Source of the DNA: Octopus vulgaris
Taxonomy: Eukaryota
Reading direction: 5' to 3'
Length of the DNA stretch: 64,000 bases
Assembly (NCBI GenBank): GCA_951406725.2
Contig: OX597817.1
Span: 146,506,001 to 146,570,000, forward strand
The translations under genes and the position numbers were made by a program. This document shows, piece after piece, positions 26,112-37,303 of this stretch (the first letter of the stretch is position 1; each line of letters starts with the position of its first letter). The notes under the pieces were generated by a model, which saw only the letters and a list, made by a program, of their open reading frames with translations, made no database searches and had not been told where the DNA came from.

Positions 26112-27919
26112 CTAGAAGTAAAGTTCAAAACAGTTACTCTCTCTTTTACTCTTTTACTTGTTTCAGTCATTTGACTGTGGCCATGCTGGAGCACTGCCTT
26201 TAGTCAAGCAAATCGACCCCAGGACTTATTCTTTTGTAAGCCTAGAACTTATTCTATCGGTCTCTTTTGCTGGACCGCTAAGATATGGGGACGTAAACAC
26301 ACCAACAGCAGTTGTCAGGTGAAGGTGGAGGGACAAATACAGACAAACAAACACACACACGTGACGGGCTTTCAGTTTCCGTCTACCAAATCCACTCACA
26401 AGGCTTTGGTCGGCCCAAAGCTATAGTAGAAGACACTTGCCCAAGGTGTCACACAGTGGGACTGAGCCCGGAACCATGTGGTTGAGAAGCAAGCATCTTA
26501 CCACACAGCCATGAAAACTTCATTCATAACTTTTTCTGAAATCATCATCATCATTATTTAATGTCCATTGTCAACACTGGCATGGGTTGGATGGTTTGAC
26601 CAGGGCTGGTAAACTGGAAGGCCGCACCAGACTCCAGTCTTATTTGGCTATGGCTGGATGCCCTTCCTAATGCCAATTACTGTCAACAAATATTACAGTA
26701 AATACATGTTGATATACACAAACAACTTGTGGTATTATTTATTTATTTAAAGCAGTGAGCTGGCAGAAATGTTAGCACACTGGGTGAAATGCTTAGTGGT
26801 ATTTCGTCTGTCTTTACATTATGAGTTTAAATTCCGCTGAGGTTGACTTTGCCTTTCATCCTTTTGGGGGTTGATAAATTAAGTACCAATTGCGTACTGG
26901 GGTAAATCTAATTGACTGGCCCCCTCCCTAAAAATTTCAGGCCTTGTGCCTAGAGTAGAAAAGATTATTTATTTATTTATTTTTTTACCTAGTTAACATG
27001 GTCTGATTTGAATTTTTTCTTCTATGGAAGGAAGAGCAAGCCTTCTATCATACTCTCAATTTTGGTCAACTTGCGCCACAGGGACTCGGAGGAGATATTG
27101 TTAATTGAAGGCTACCAAACCTGCCATACACAAACAACTTCAGCTTTATATATGTAGAGATTTATGAAAACAAGACGTTTGTACTCAAGAACCGGCTTCA
27201 GCCGGGTTGGTAACAAAAGGGTTAAGCAGAACATGAACGGTTTCAGTCTCATTAGTCTCAAAGGGGCTGTGAAGGCGATGATCACAGATCCTTCAATCAC
27301 ACCAAATTTGAAAAAAAATTTATTCTGTAAAACAGGAAAATCTTAAAACAATTAATTTTTGTTGTGATTTTCTTAACTGAAACCCAGAAAAAAAAAATAC
27401 AGGTGCAAGCATAGCTGTGTACTAAGAAGTTTGCTTCTCAACCACATGGCTCTGGGTTCAGTCCCATGGTGTGGCACGTTAAGAAAGTGTTTTCTACTAT
27501 GGCCTCAGGCTGACCAAAGCCTTGGGAGTGGATTAGGTAGGCGGAAACTGAAAGGAGTCTGTTGTATATATAATGTATATCCTCAGCCCTGGTTTGAAAC
27601 CAGTAAAAGATAACAGATATGTGTGTTTTTGTATCCATGTTTGTCCCCCATCAACACTTGACAACTGGTATTGGTTTGTTTATGTCCCTGCAACAAAGCA
27701 GTTCAGCAAAAGAGACTGATAGAACAGTACTAGGCTTATAAAAACAAAGTACAGGGGTCGATTTGTTCAAATAAAAATTCTTCAAGGTGGGCTCCAGCAT
27801 GGCCGCAGTCTAATACTAAATCAAGTAAATGATAAATGATATAATAAAAAACTACACACACACACAAACAACACATAAGAACATTTGTATAAATTTAAAA
27901 ATTCAATTTTTAAACTTAC

Positions 27920-28660
27920 TTTATATCCAGCATTAGCCAGCATATAGGCAATATTAGCTTTTCCTGATTCCCAAACATTCTGCCAAGCATACACAAGAAC
28001 ATCTTCCTGGGGTATACTAGAACGTTCGAACGGTCCATCGATAGACACCATACCATCTTGCCAAGCTCCCAGGCTTAAACCATGTTTATAAACAATGGCA
28101 GCTACTCTACGCACAAAATGTTCTAAAAGATCATCCAAAGTCACTATGTCTTCAGAAGAATTGAAGAGCTTTCGACAAGCTGGTGATTCTTCCCACATAT
28201 CAATCGGGACTTCGTCTCCACCAAAGTGGAACACCCTCAAGGGAGCTATGTCTTCGTGCATCTCCTTCAAAGCTAACACCACCATTTCAACAAAATTAAA
28301 AGTTGATTCAAGGCCTGGATTCAGTAGGTTTTCATGAAATAACTGGCAGGATTGAGTTGTTACCGAACTCTGGACTTTGCTTGATTCATGCAACATATAT
28401 TTTGCAGCTTCTTCCATTTTACCAGCAGAACAGAGTTTTTCGTAATGGGATTTGACAGCTTGAATAGCAGCATTGCAATGTCCTGGCATGTCCACCTCGG
28501 GGATAATCTCAACATGGCGTTCAGTAGCATAAAGTAGAATTTCTCTATAGTCTTTGACTGAATAGTAACCAGAACCTGATGTATCAGAATTTGGGCCAGA
28601 ACCCAATAATGGTAAAATGTGACAGTCTCCAGAGGCGTTATGACCGCGATATCCGCCAAC
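27920..28660 (-). CDS. GH20 hexosaminidase coding exon 3 (catalytic Asp-Glu pair)
   Basis: Acceptor TTTTCTGCAG, donor AAA|GTAAGT. Motifs SGYYSVKDY, IIPEVDMPGH, HFGGDEV, AWQDG, YAWQNVWE. 741 nt, phase 0 to 0. Confidence 0.95.
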
Positions 28661-30432
28661 CTGCAGAAAAGAAGTGGTTTATATTTTGAAAAATAACTAA
28701 AATGCAGGTTTTAAAAATCAAAACATTCAAAAGTTGAAAAAAAATTTGGACAGAATAAAAGAAAAAAAAAAGTAAAGATAATGACTTCATCATCATCATC
28801 ATTGTTTAATGTCCGCTTTCCATGCTAGCATGGGTTGGACAATTTGACTGAGGACTGGTGAACCAGGTGGCTGCACCCGACTCCAATCTGATCTGGTAGA
28901 GTTTCTACAGCTGGATGCCCTTCCTAATGCCAACCACTCAGAGTGTACTGGGTGCATTATATTATCACAGAATAATGCCAAATGTCAGTCTGACTGGAAA
29001 CAGTCAGGCGGTATTCACAATGGCCACGCTCAAATGGTGCTTTTTATGTGCCACCTGCACAGGAGTCAGTCCTGTGGCACTGGCAACGACATTGCTCGAA
29101 TGTTTTTTCATGTGCCACCAGCACAAGTGCCAGTAAGGCGACGCAGGTAACGATTACGCTCGAATGGTGTTTTTACGAGCCACATAAAGCAGCTTTATGT
29201 TGTGCTAGAAGAGGAGGGATAACTTTATAGCCAGTAGTTCAGAGAGGGGGACAGAAAAAATCCTTCCTTCATTGTTTTGATTGCTTTATTAAACTGGAGT
29301 GAAAGTGTGTGACCTAGTGGTTAGGGTGTTACACTCATGATTACTCATGTGGGATCAATTCCTGGACTGGGCAGTGCATTGTGTTCCTGAGTAAAACACT
29401 TTATTTCACATTGCTCCAGTCCACTTGGCTGTAAACAGGTAACCCTACCATGGGGAATGTTGGCCAAAACAATGCAAAGTGCATTGTGACTAGTGATGTA
29501 AACGACATCTGATAGCCTGGTCAATACTGTGATTAAACTTGGAGCAAGTATAGCTGAGTGATTTAGAAGTGGTTTTGATGTCAATCTCATTGCACAGCAC
29601 CTTGAGTGTTCTATATTACAGCCTCAGACTGACCAAAAGCCTTGTGGGTGAAATTTAGTAAATGGAAACTGTGAGGAATCCCATCAGAGGAACTTTTCCT
29701 GTTCTTGGGTGGTAGGCCTAACTTGTCATCTGGTTTAACACCATTACTTGGACTTTTTGTGCTTTTAGTGGAGTGTGCTGTGTGTCAAGTGTTTGGGACA
29801 GGTCACAAGTCTTCCTTCTTGAGTCTTAAAAACCCTTCTTTCTTTGACTATGCCATTAAAAAAAAAGTTATCATGCAAATAAATGCAATGTAAGTGCATT
29901 CTCATGACTTGATATCAAAGGCTTTAAGCTACCAGCCAATATTTAGTATTTTATAAACACTTATACGGATTGTAAGTCTATAAAAAAAGTTAGTTTAATC
30001 AACTAACAAGGTTCCGGGTTCAGTCCCACTGCGTGGCACCTTGGACAAGTGTCTTTTACTATAGCCTCGGACCGACCAAAGCCTTGTGAGTGGATTTGGT
30101 AGATGGAAATTGAAAGAAGCCCGTCGTATATATGTGTGTGTGTGTGTGTTTGTGTGTCTGTGTTTGTCCCCCCAACATCGCTTGACAACTGATGCTGGTG
30201 TGTTTATGTCCCCGTAACTTAGCGGTTCAGCAAAAGTGACCGATAGAATAAGTACAAGGCTTACAAAGAATAAGTCCTGGGGTCGATTTGCTTGACTAAA
30301 GGCAGTGCACCAGCATGGCTACAGTCAAATGACTGAAACAAGTAAAATAGTAAAAGAGTAAACTAAAGAAAGGTATTTAAATTTTAGCAGAAATTTATCA
30401 AAATGACAAAAATGAAAAAAAATAGACCTTAC

Positions 30433-30863
30433 AGATGTCATCTCCTCAAGACCAGGGATTTCAATCCGCCATCCTTCATCATCTGTTAAATGCAAATGTA
30501 ATTTGTTCATCTTGTACATAATCATGCTGTCGATGAGTTTGAACATTTCTTGTTTTCCATGGAAGTTTCTTACGACATCGACATGAAGACCACGATATTC
30601 GTATCTTGGAGCATCAACGATTTTCACTTCTGGAATACGTTCATCCTTATAAAGACTCAATAAAGACTGGATCCCCCAGAATAGACCTTGAGAAGTGCTG
30701 GCAGTTATTTCAATCACATCTTCTAGGCAATCAACAGTAAGTGTATAAGCCTCCTTAGAAATAAGTGGATGATTTTGAGGTGGAAGTTGCACAGATGGAA
30801 CTAATTTAAGATAAATGTACTTAGTTTCAGGGAGCTGAGAAACAATTTTTAGCTGTAGCTTTC
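30433..30863 (-). CDS. GH20 hexosaminidase coding exon 2
   Basis: Acceptor poly-T..ATAG, donor TCT|GTAAGG. Motifs EAYTLTV, GLFWGIQSL, DAPRYEYRGLHVDVVRNF, YKMNKLHLHLTDDEGWRIEIPGL. 431 nt, phase 1 to 0. Confidence 0.95.
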
Positions 30864-31521
30864 CTATAAAAAAAAAAAAATAAAAAAAAAAAATATATAT
30901 ATATATGGTAACATAAATTTCAGTTTCCAAAGTAATTTTTAAAATTGTAATAAAATTAAAGGACTTGGTGTACCTGAATGAATTCAAGAGTAGGACTTAC
31001 TGGATACATAAAATTTGACAATAAGGGGTTAGATTTGTCCCCTTGATGATCATATAGTCAATGTAGTAACATCTGAAGAGAACATTCAAGAAGTTAACAA
31101 AAGAAGCTTACCAACCACATGGTTCTGAGTTCAGTCCCACTGTGTGGCACCTTGGACAAGTGTCTTCTACTATAGCCTTGGGCCGACCAAAGCCTTGTGA
31201 GTGGATTTGGTAGACGGAAACTGAAAGAAGCCCGTTGGATATATGTATATATATATATATATGTGTGTGTGTGTTTTTGTATCTGTGTTTGTCCCCCCAA
31301 CATCGCTTGACAACCGATGCTGGTGTGTTTCCGTCCCCGTAACTTAGCGGTCCAGCAAAAAGAGACCGATAGAATAAGTACTAGGCTGACAAAGAATAAG
31401 TCCTGGGGTCGATTTGCTCGACTAAAGGGGTGCTCCAGCATGGCCACAGTCAAATGACTGAAACAAGTAAAAGAGTAAAGAGTATACATACATAATGGTT
31501 GTTAGGTTAAAAGCAGCTTAC

Positions 31522-32233
31522 CTGAGAGATACTCAGCATCTTTGGACAGAGTTAGATCTTTAGTATATATTACCCAGTTTCCTTCTCTCAAATAGATACA
31601 TTTGGTTTTACTGCAAACCATTTGGAGTGGCGTAGGTATAACTGGTTTAATTTCTTCATTAGAGCTGTAAGCAGACAAGTTCCTTTCAAAGCGAACCTTT
31701 GGTGTAAAAGGATCATAAATGTCATAACGTCGTTTGCCATCAGCTAATTCATAATCGTAACGTTTCCATTGAGATGGTTTGTTAAATTGACCCACGAAAT
31801 TAAGATCTTCATCAGCTGTGCACTTGATGATGCGAGGAATCAAATCAGGATAAGTCATATACCAATTAGGCAGAACATCAGTTTTAGCAACGGAATAATA
31901 CTGAGCAAGGAATATTATTTTAACAGAATCATTATTAGTCAGTGTTTTGAAAGACTCAAGGGGTTCCAATTTGAAAAGGCTTCCATTAACATGTGAAAAC
32001 TTCACACCATATTCAGTTAGTTCGGCAAAAGAATTTTTTGACAAGTATTTTGGCTCAATCAAGCGGATGTGGCATAAATAGATTGCCCATGGACCTGGCT
32101 CAAGAGGAACTGAGCAATGATTGGTCAAAGTTATTGCTGCTTTAAATATTTTTCGGCCTTGGTGGATATTGTCAAGAACTTCATAATGTATATCCAAAGT
32201 GTCTGTTAGTAGATCAAATGATTTCTGATCCAT
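31522..32233 (-). CDS. Chitobiase-type GH20 beta-N-acetylhexosaminidase, coding exon 1 (CHB_HEX N-terminal domain, start of GH20b)
   Basis: ATG at 32233 (MDQKSFDLLTDTLDIHYEVLDN...) follows an acceptor TTCTAG (exon starts 32254) and an in-frame TGA. It encodes W.IYLCHIRLIEP, HVNGSLFKLEP, TDVLPNWY and VIPTP. Donor G|GTAAG after 31522; 712 nt, phase 1. Confidence 0.9.
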
Positions 32234-32414
32234 GTTCAACAACAATACCAATCACTAGAATTATAATAGAAAAAAATAAAAACAGATTATGTATAGGTAT
32301 GTTATGGGTTGATTTAAAGGAGCAATTTGAGATTTAAATTTGAGATATAAAACAAAATCTTATTTAGATGTTTTGGAATAAAACATTAATCCTTTCATGT
32401 GAATACATAATACC

Positions 32415-32897
32415 TATTTCTTTACTGCCCGCAAGGGGCTAAACACAGAGAGGACAAACAAGGACAGACAAACGGATTAAGTTGATTATATCAACCCAGT
32501 ACGTAACTGGTACTTAATTTATTGACCCCCGAAAGGATGAATGGCAAAGTCCACCTCAGCGGAATTTGAACTCAGAACATAACGGCAGATGAAATACCGC
32601 TAAGCATTTTGCCCGGCATGCTAACTTTTCTGCCAGCTCGCTGCCTTCGTGAATACATAATACCTATTTCTTTACTACCCACAAGGGGCTAAACACAGAG
32701 AGGACAAACAAGGACAGACAAGCGGATTAAGTCGATTATATCGATCCCAGTGCGTAACTGGTACTTAATTTATCGACCCCGAAAGGATGAAAGGCAAAGT
32801 CGACCTCGGCGGGATTTGAACTCAGAACGTAACGGCAGACGAAATACGGATTCGCATTTCGCCCGGTGTGCTAACGTTTCTGCCAGCTCGCCGTCTT
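32415..32897 (-). mobile_element. Two tandem family-B SINEs with a triplicated target site
   Basis: (G)TGAATACATAATACC at 32399-32414, 32649-32664 and 32898-32912. Confidence 0.85.
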
Positions 32898-33150
32898 TGA
32901 ATACATAATACCACTGCTTCACTCTTGTTCATGTGTCATTAAAGAGATGAGAGATAAACCCTACCATTAATCAGATACCAATCTAAGATAAACTTTCCTA
33001 TTACTTTTGGTAATTAGTCTTGAAATAAATTAATGCAACTGCAATTCTGCACAGAAATGCAACATTAATAACTGCAGTGGATATATAAAGCAGTGGATAT
33101 TTTCTTTGCTTTATTTTAGAATGTAAGAACTTCTTAAGTGGCCCCTGGGC

Positions 33151-33690
33151 CGAGTGTTTATACAGTTTACAGCAAAGACATTCGCAACCAAGAGAATACC
33201 CTCCATCAGGCATTTGCCCTATTCTGAATGCCTTACTTCCCTGAGTATGGATACATTGAAACTCCGATGTCTGGCAGCTGACTTGGTAGACACCCATAAA
33301 ATTATTAGCCATCTTACTAACAATAACTCTGAGCACCTTTTCAAATTCCACCTGTCTAACACCTGTGGACATGCTTACAAAGTCAGAAAACAGCACAGCT
33401 CCCATGACTTTCAGAAACATTTTTTCATGCTAAGAGTTGCTGAAGCATGGAACAGACTGCAGGCATCAGTTGTTAGTTGTCGGAGCACTGCATCTTTCAA
33501 AACTTTCATGCTTCCTGAGATTCGCCAACACTACACCTGATTTTCTCCCCTCCATACACATGCAAGCATGTATCTGACTCATACACTGTTCACTTCCCAG
33601 ACATTTGTACATTACTGCATATGCTTTATATGCACTTTTGACAAGTTGTGGTGCATCTGAGCACTGTATACAATAATTTCATTATTATTA
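33151..33690 (+). mobile_element. CR1-like LINE 3' end with (ATT)n tail
   Basis: ATKRIPSIRHLPYSECL...CGHAYKV...FFMLRVAEAWNRL; near-identical 3' UTR at 2432-2690 and 16517-16871. Confidence 0.8.
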
Positions 33691-35739
33691 TTATAGCATC
33701 CAGACTATAGGAGGAACATCACTTTGCCTCTCCATTTCATAATGGAGTTGATATTGAGGTGTGTAAGAAAAACAGATGTAAAATGAATGAATGAACACAC
33801 ACACACATCCTGGGTCATATTACCTACTGCCATTATTCTATCCTTTTGGTCATACAGGTACCTTACTCAGTATACAGGGTACATCTATCATTTACCCTCA
33901 TATCACACGTGCCTTATATCATAAACCTTCATACCTGAATCTGTCATACCTTTCACTCTGTAAAAGTGATTGGTGAGAGAGCAGAGTCATGGATCATAAG
34001 ATCCCCTTTAGTTGTGTTGAGGACACAGCTACTTCTCTAGTGCTGGTGCCATGAGAATACACCCAGTACACTTTGTAAAGTGTTATGCTGTGATAACCCT
34101 TTAGTTTTATTGAGGACATGACAACTCTAGTGCTCAAGTACCATGAAAAAAAACCCCAATAAGTGCAGTTTGTAAAGTGGTTGGCATTAGGAAGGGCATC
34201 TAAGCTACAGAATCAAGTAAAAAATATAAAATAAGCAAGAGACCCCTCTAGGTTAGCAGTGCTTCTAAATACTGTGACCTGTTAAACTCTTGCCAAAATA
34301 GAAAGCAAATGTATGATGATGATGATGATATATAAATGAGGTTTGTAGGAAAAAAAAACAAAACCCCAAACCTTTTGAGAGGCAAAGTTATTGCTTTCTT
34401 TACAATTTAATTAGGCTTGTCTCTTTCAGAATAGTTCTATTCTCTGTTGATAAACCACTCCTAACATTTTTTCAGTTCTGGAATGTGTCCTGGAATGCAT
34501 TTTCAGAGGTAGAGTGAAGTTCATGCAGCAAATTTTCTTTGATCTTTTCTATTGTTTAAAAAATCACCATTTGATGTCTTGTATCTGGATGACACATGTC
34601 TCAATGGTTAAAGTGTCGAGCTCACAATCATGAGGTAGTGGGTTCAATTCCCAGACCAAGCTGTGTGTTGAGCAAGACACTTTACTTCACATTGCTCCAT
34701 TCGGCTGTAGAAATGAATTGGGGTGTCACTAGTGCCAAGCTGTATCAGCCTTTGCCTTTTCCTCAGATAACATCAGTGGCATGAAGAAGTGAGGCCAGTA
34801 TGCATGTATGACTGCTGGTCTTCCGTAAACAACCTTGCCCAGACTTGTGCCTCAGAGGGGAACTTTCTAGGTGCAATCCCATGGTCAGTCATGACCGAAG
34901 GTTTTTTACCCTTTTATCTGGATGACATAATACATGGTGGACAAGCCACGTCTACTATGAACAACATCTGTTCCAGCCATATTGCCTCTTTTGACTGGTA
35001 AGTGGTAAATTCTGAAAAAAATCAGCTTGATGACAAAGTCTTCAATCTGATCTGATTGAGATGTGACTGACCTCAGAGAACAATGTCTACATTCTCTGTC
35101 TACTGATAGTCTTGAAAGCTGTCTCTGAGAGAATACAGCACACAGCTGACCAACTGAAAGCAGAAGACTGATTCTCAGTTAGGTCTTTTTCTGTTGAAAA
35201 ATTTCTTTACTCTTAGATAAAAAGAGTGCAATGAATTTGCCATGGTGAGTGGAAATCTAACATCAAATGGAGGGAGTAAGCTAAAGTACTGCACGAACAT
35301 TTGACCACTATAAAAGAATCATTTTGTGCAGGTCATTTGCCAAAAGTTGAATGCTTATATGTTGTCTTTGACAGGAGAGTCCATCACACACACACACACA
35401 CATATAAAACAATCTCCTAAATTCCAGCCAGCATGGCTTTTGTTGCAACAGAGACAACCTAACATGTTTTTTACATCGCATTGATGACACCCTTAAAGTT
35501 TTAAGATGGGTTCAAACCCTGACAGAAGCATTAGCACGCTGGTGAAATGCTCTGTAGCATTTCGTCCGCCGCTGCGTTCTGAGTTCAAATTCCGCCGGGA
35601 TTGACTTTGCCTTTCCTCCTTTCGGTGGCGATAAATTAAGTACCAGTGATGCACTGGGGTCAATGTAATCGACTTAATCCGTTTGTCTGTACTTGTTTGT
35701 CCCCTCTATGTTTAGCCCCTCGTGAGCAATAAAGAAATA

Positions 35740-36975
35740 GTTATATATCTTGATTTCAGCAAAGCCTTTGACAAAGTCGACCACAATATCCTCCTGTTAA
35801 AATTGTAAACTGCTGCACTGATTATGGTATTTGCTGATGAACAGAACCCAGGAAGTTGTGACTGATGGAGACACTGAAGTCCAGCAAAAGCTGTCTGTGT
35901 TTTGGACTCACATCTCTTTATAGTCTATATAAAGGGTCATTAAACATACAAAATAAAAATATTCACAGATGACTCCAAGCTTGAAAAACATATCAATGGA
36001 GAGGAAGAGTGAATGAAACTCCAGTTTGATTTGCATACTCAGAGTCAAATTGTTGAACAAAAACAACATACTGTTAAATAAGGAAAAGAGACTGCACTCA
36101 AACAACCATATTCTCTGTTTTTACAAGAATTACTCATGGCAACAAATAATATCAGAGACATAGAATTGTTGACAACAACCTTGGCTGGAGCACTCACATT
36201 AACTATAAAGTCAATATGGTTCACAGAATGAGCTCCTGTATCATCAGAACTTTCTGGCTCAGAGGACCAGATGTCATAACCCTCTTCTCCTCCTTCGTAT
36301 GGTCAAACCCAGAATACTGCTGCCCGCTGTGTCTCCCCCCACCCATCAAACAAAACATTATGAGAATTGAATTCCCCACCCACTGAAGTAATCATTAAAC
36401 AAAATAAAAGTATGTCTGATCTTGATTATTGTGACCGCCTTAAAACTAAAACTTTATTCTCGCCAACACTGCTGTGAGCACTACATTTGTCCAAATGACC
36501 CTATCACCAAATTCAGAATTCATCCAAGTCTGGCAGCTTCTACCATATGCCCCCTACACACAAACACATTGAAATTACATAATTACCTATTTCTTTACTA
36601 CTCACAAGGAGCTAAACACAGAGAGGACAAACAAGGACAAACGGATTAAGTCGATTACATCAACCCCAGTGCGTAACTGGTACTTATTTAATCGAAAGGC
36701 AAAGTCGACCTCGGCGGAATCTGAACTCAGAATGTAACGGCAGACGAAATACTGCTAAGCATTTCGCCCGGCATGCTAACGTTTCTACAAGCTCGCCGCC
36801 TTCACATAATTACCATTCCTCAATAGGCCCTGCTCTATTTAACATTATTCCAAAACAAATCAAAGAAGATCCCATCACCTTCAAATGATAGCTGGACAAA
36901 TTGCTTCAAGGAATAGTACACAAGCCACCTATCTCTGGATACACCTCAGTCAACAACTTCTTACATGAATGAGCC
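35740..36975 (+). mobile_element. Degenerate CR1-like LINE fragment
   Basis: YLDFSKAFDKVDHNILLLKL, EYCCP, GPALFNIIP; interrupted by a SINE at 36588-36803. Confidence 0.7.
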
Positions 36976-37266
36976 AGTTTTTGGCTGATACATATTTAAG
37001 TTCATATAAATTTTATAGTTATGTAAGAGTTGTAAAATATATTTTCATGTAGTGCAAACATTATCTCAATCTGCTGGGTAGAGGTGATATATTATATCAA
37101 AAGTCGACAGAAGTTGCTGTGTGTGTAAGAAGCTTGCTTCCCAACCTCATGGTTCTGGGTTCAATCCCACTGTGTGGCACTTTGGGCAAGTGTCTTCTAC
37201 TATAGCTTCGGGCCGACCAAAGCCTTGTGAGTGGATTTGGCAGACGGAAACTGAAAGAAGCCCGTC

Positions 37267-37303
<37 letters not shown>

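Noticed and set aside
16358-32233. Recent horizontal transfer or bacterial contamination as the origin of the chitobiase
   Set aside because: It has six SINE-containing spliceosomal introns and AT-rich host-like composition; an ancient origin cannot be judged without a phylogeny.
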